From: Gemmatimonadaceae bacterium
GTDB taxonomy: Bacteria; Gemmatimonadota; Gemmatimonadetes; Gemmatimonadales; Gemmatimonadaceae
Reading direction: 5' to 3'
DNA: 64,000 nt
NCBI GenBank assembly: GCA_040902005.1
Contig: JBBDYA010000114.1
Coordinates: 10,180 to 74,179 of the forward strand
In this document: positions 61,812 to 64,000 of the stretch, piece by piece
Position numbering within the stretch: position 1 is the stretch's first letter
Layout: the number at the start of each line of letters is the position of its first letter
Program-made: the position numbers and the translations under genes
Notes under the pieces: generated by a model
What the model was told of the DNA's origin: nothing
Seen by the model: only the letters and a program-made list of their open reading frames with translations
Databases searched by the model: none

Positions 61812-63377
61812 ATGGCACAAACACACGTCAGACTGACACTTGGCGCACTGCTTTCGAGTTTCGCGATCGCGTCCACCGGTCACGCGCAGGATGCCGGCCG
61901 CGTGCGGGCGGCGGTTCACGCCTACCAGCAGGCGAACGACGTCACTGTGGTGCGCGAGCTGGCCGAGTTCCTGGCGATTCCGAACCTGGCGAGCGACTCC
62001 GTGAACATCCGGCGGAATGCGCGCCACATCGTCCAGATGCTGGCGCGGCGCGGCGTGGCCGCGCGGCTGCTGGAAACGCCGGGCGCGCCGCCGGCGGTGT
62101 ACGGCGAACTGCGAACGTCGGGCGCCACCCGGACCGTGGTGTTCTACGCGCACTATGACGGGCAGCCGGTGGACACGGCGCAGTGGGCGAACCCACCGTG
62201 GACGCCGACGATGCGGGACCGGTCGCTCACCGACGGAGGCGCGGTCATCCCGATGCCGACCCGGCCGGGGACGCTCCAGGGTGAGTGGCGCATCTATGCG
62301 CGCTCTGCCTCGGACGACAAGAGCCCGATTGTGGCGTTTCTGTCAGCGCTCGACGCACTGCGCGCGTCGGACATCCGTCCCAGCGTGAACCTCAAATTCT
62401 ATTTCGAGGGAGAGGAGGAGGCGGGATCGGACCACCTGCGCGACGCGCTCACCCGCCATCGCGACCTGCTGGGCGCGGACCTGTGGATCTTTGGCGACGG
62501 TCCGGTGCACCAGTCCCGCCGGCAGCAGGTGTCGTTCGGCGTGCGCGGAGTGATGGGACTCGAGCTGACGACGTACGGCCCGGCGCGCACGCTGCACAGC
62601 GGTCATTACGGCAACTGGGCGCCGAATCCGCTGGTGACGATCGCGCACGTGGTGGCCGGCATGCGGGACACCGACGGCCGCATCCTGATCGACAATTTCT
62701 ACGACGACGCGCGCGCGCCAACGCGCGCCGAGCTGGACGCCATTGCCGCCGCGCCCGCGGCCGACTCGGCGCTGCGGGTCGAGCTGCTGCTGCATGCCAC
62801 CGAGGCGGGGAACGCGCGTCTGATGGAGCGCATCATGGTGCCGGCGCTGAACGTGCGCGGCATCCGGGGTGGGGGCGTGCAGCGTCAGGCGGCCAATGCG
62901 GTGCCCACCCTCGCGCACGCGTCCATCGACTTCCGGCTGGTACCCGGCCAGGTGCCGGCCCGCGTCCGCGCCCTGGTGGAAGCGCACGCGCGCAAGCAGG
63001 GGTGGTTCATCGTGCATCGGGACCCCACGGACGCGGAGCGGCTGGCCCATCCGCGGATTCTGAAGATGGAATGGGAGGAGGGCTATCCGGCGTCGCGGGC
63101 GGACATGTCCAGCCCGGCCTCGCGCGCGGTGCTGCGCGCGGTGGAGATGGCGGCGGACCGCCGGCCCATCGTCGTGCCCACGTCCGGCGGCAGTCTGCCA
63201 CTCTACATCTTCGCTGAAGTGCTCGGGGCGCCACTGATCACGGTACCGATGGTCAATCACGACAACAATCAGCACGCCGCGAACGAGAACCTGCGCATGC
63301 AGAACCTGATGGACGGCATGCAGGTCTACGCGGCCATCGTGGCGCATCTTGGGCGGATCTGGACGGACACGCCGTAG
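61812..63377 (+). CDS. Secreted M20-family metallopeptidase (dipeptidase-like)
   Basis: ATG 61812 begins MAQTHVRLTLGALLSSFAIASTGHA, a signal peptide. VVFYAHYDGQP, ARSASDDKSPI and FYFEGEEEAGS are metal-site motifs. Confidence 0.85.
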   Translation: MAQTHVRLTLGALLSSFAIASTGHAQDAGRVRAAVHAYQQANDVTVVRELAEFLAIPNLASDSVNIRRNARHIVQMLARRGVAARLLETPGAPPAVYGELRTSGATRTVVFYAHYDGQPVDTAQWANPPWTPTMRDRSLTDGGAVIPMPTRPGTLQGEWRIYARSASDDKSPIVAFLSALDALRASDIRPSVNLKFYFEGEEEAGSDHLRDALTRHRDLLGADLWIFGDGPVHQSRRQQVSFGVRGVMGLELTTYGPARTLHSGHYGNWAPNPLVTIAHVVAGMRDTDGRILIDNFYDDARAPTRAELDAIAAAPAADSALRVELLLHATEAGNARLMERIMVPALNVRGIRGGGVQRQAANAVPTLAHASIDFRLVPGQVPARVRALVEAHARKQGWFIVHRDPTDAERLAHPRILKMEWEEGYPASRADMSSPASRAVLRAVEMAADRRPIVVPTSGGSLPLYIFAEVLGAPLITVPMVNHDNNQHAANENLRMQNLMDGMQVYAAIVAHLGRIWTDTP

Positions 63378-64000
63378 ATGCAGATGCTGCGGTCCTCCCT
63401 CCTCTGGGCGTCGCGCAACTCGCGCATCGAGCGGCTGGTGCGCTCGAGCCGGGTGATGCGCCCGCTGGTGTCCCGCTTCATGCCGGGGGAGTCGATCGAC
63501 GACGCGCTGCGCGCCGCGCGTGAGCTTGGCAACGAGAAGGGGGGGGGGACGCCGGCGATCATCACGTACCTCGGCGAGAACGTGGCAACTGACGCCGGCG
63601 CGGACGAGACGGTGGCCGAGTACGAGCGGTTGTTCGCCGCGCTCAGGTCGCAGGGTGTGGACGCGCACGTATCGCTCAAGCTCACCCAGTTTGGCTGGGA
63701 TGTGGACCGCGCGCGCGCGCTGGCGCGCGTACGGAGGCTCGCGGATATCGCCGCCGCCAACAACACGGTGCTCGCGATCGACATGGAGTCGTCGGAGTAC
63801 GTGGAGTCCACGGTGGCCGCGTATGAAACGCTCGCGCGGGAGTGCCCCGGCGCCGCGCTGTGCCTTCAGGCGTATCTGCACCGCACGCCGCAGGACGTGC
63901 GTCGCCTGCTGCCGGTGAAGCCCTACATCCGGCTGGTGAAGGGTGCGTACCGGGAAACGCCCAGCGTGGCGCTGACGCGGCGCGCCGACATCGATTCGCG
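63378..64000 (+). CDS. Proline dehydrogenase family protein (partial; continues past the window end)
   Basis: Hand translation from ATG 63378 (TAGATG junction) gives MQMLRSSLLWASRNSRIERLVRSSRVMRPLVSRFMPGESIDDAL...HVSLKLTQFG...LAIDMESSEYVESTV...CLQAYLHRT...IRLVKGAYRE, the typical monofunctional PRODH pattern. It is missing from the track because it runs off the edge. Confidence 0.8.
   Translation, partial: MQMLRSSLLWASRNSRIERLVRSSRVMRPLVSRFMPGESIDDALRAARELGNEKGGGTPAIITYLGENVATDAGADETVAEYERLFAALRSQGVDAHVSLKLTQFGWDVDRARALARVRRLADIAAANNTVLAIDMESSEYVESTVAAYETLARECPGAALCLQAYLHRTPQDVRRLLPVKPYIRLVKGAYRETPSVALTRRADIDS

Noticed and set aside
63539-63548. 10-G homopolymer inside the proline dehydrogenase gene, with similar 8-10-nt G/C runs elsewhere (for example near 5217, 14651, 27598, 37366, 60621)
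   Set aside because: At 63539-63548 the reading frame is intact across the tract (K-G-G-G-T). Short G/C runs are common in this genome. Only the 17+10 tract at 51756-51783 disrupts a gene.

Overview
This is very GC-rich bacterial DNA. Almost every real gene has a long antisense shadow ORF, so I made calls from recognisable protein families, start-codon context and operon coupling (ATGA, GTGA and TGATG overlaps), not from ORF length. Gene content suggests a soil Gemmatimonadota- or Acidobacteriota-like organism, but that is inference only. I support about 60 protein genes and one tRNA-Cys. I found no rRNA, CRISPR array, transposase or integrase.

Main blocks:
(1) 1-10.6 kb holds housekeeping and accessory genes: Crp/Fnr regulator, MoeZ-like adenylyltransferase, hydrolase, CspA, NrtR-like Nudix regulator, GH3 hexosaminidase, YggX, desaturase and aldo-keto reductase.
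(2) 10.9-19.4 kb holds five paralogous GspG-type prepilin genes in two blocks. They are split by a nucleotidyltransferase-type two-gene module and a 1363-aa membrane-spanning SARP/BTAD-AAA-PD40 protein.
(3) 19.8-20.5 kb is a vapBC module.
(4) 20.7-30.9 kb on the minus strand is a complete type II secretion / MSHA-like type IV filament machine: GspE, GspF, GspL/PilMN-like, GspM/PilO-like, PilP-like, lipoprotein secretin, ExeA-like ATPase, bitopic protein, TPR protein and an N0/STN-HhH lipoprotein. A PD40 protein and an S41 protease lie upstream.
(5) 33.8-35 kb carries an orphan plasmid-type RepA-like gene next to a CTAG-rich octamer array.
(6) 35-44.6 kb carries an SDR, cardiolipin synthase, a MerR-like regulator, a bipolar-charge H1-like protein and an RND efflux triad.
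(7) 44.7-52.7 kb is a cluster whose families match the oxidative (3-keto) glycoside cleavage route. It includes a 17-G + 10-G homopolymer that breaks the 5' end of the GMC oxidoreductase gene.
(8) 52.7-64 kb carries a GAF kinase / REC-HD-GYP pair, convergent type I and type III glutamine synthetases, DUF4142, PAP2, tRNA-Cys, an M20 peptidase and a partial proline dehydrogenase.

Several long purine-rich-arm palindromic intergenic elements recur in the window.

The candidates most worth a second look are the atypical filament system with its embedded giant transmembrane regulator, the N0-HhH lipoprotein, the homopolymer-interrupted glycoside 3-dehydrogenase-like locus, the RepA/CTAG locus and the palindromic element family.
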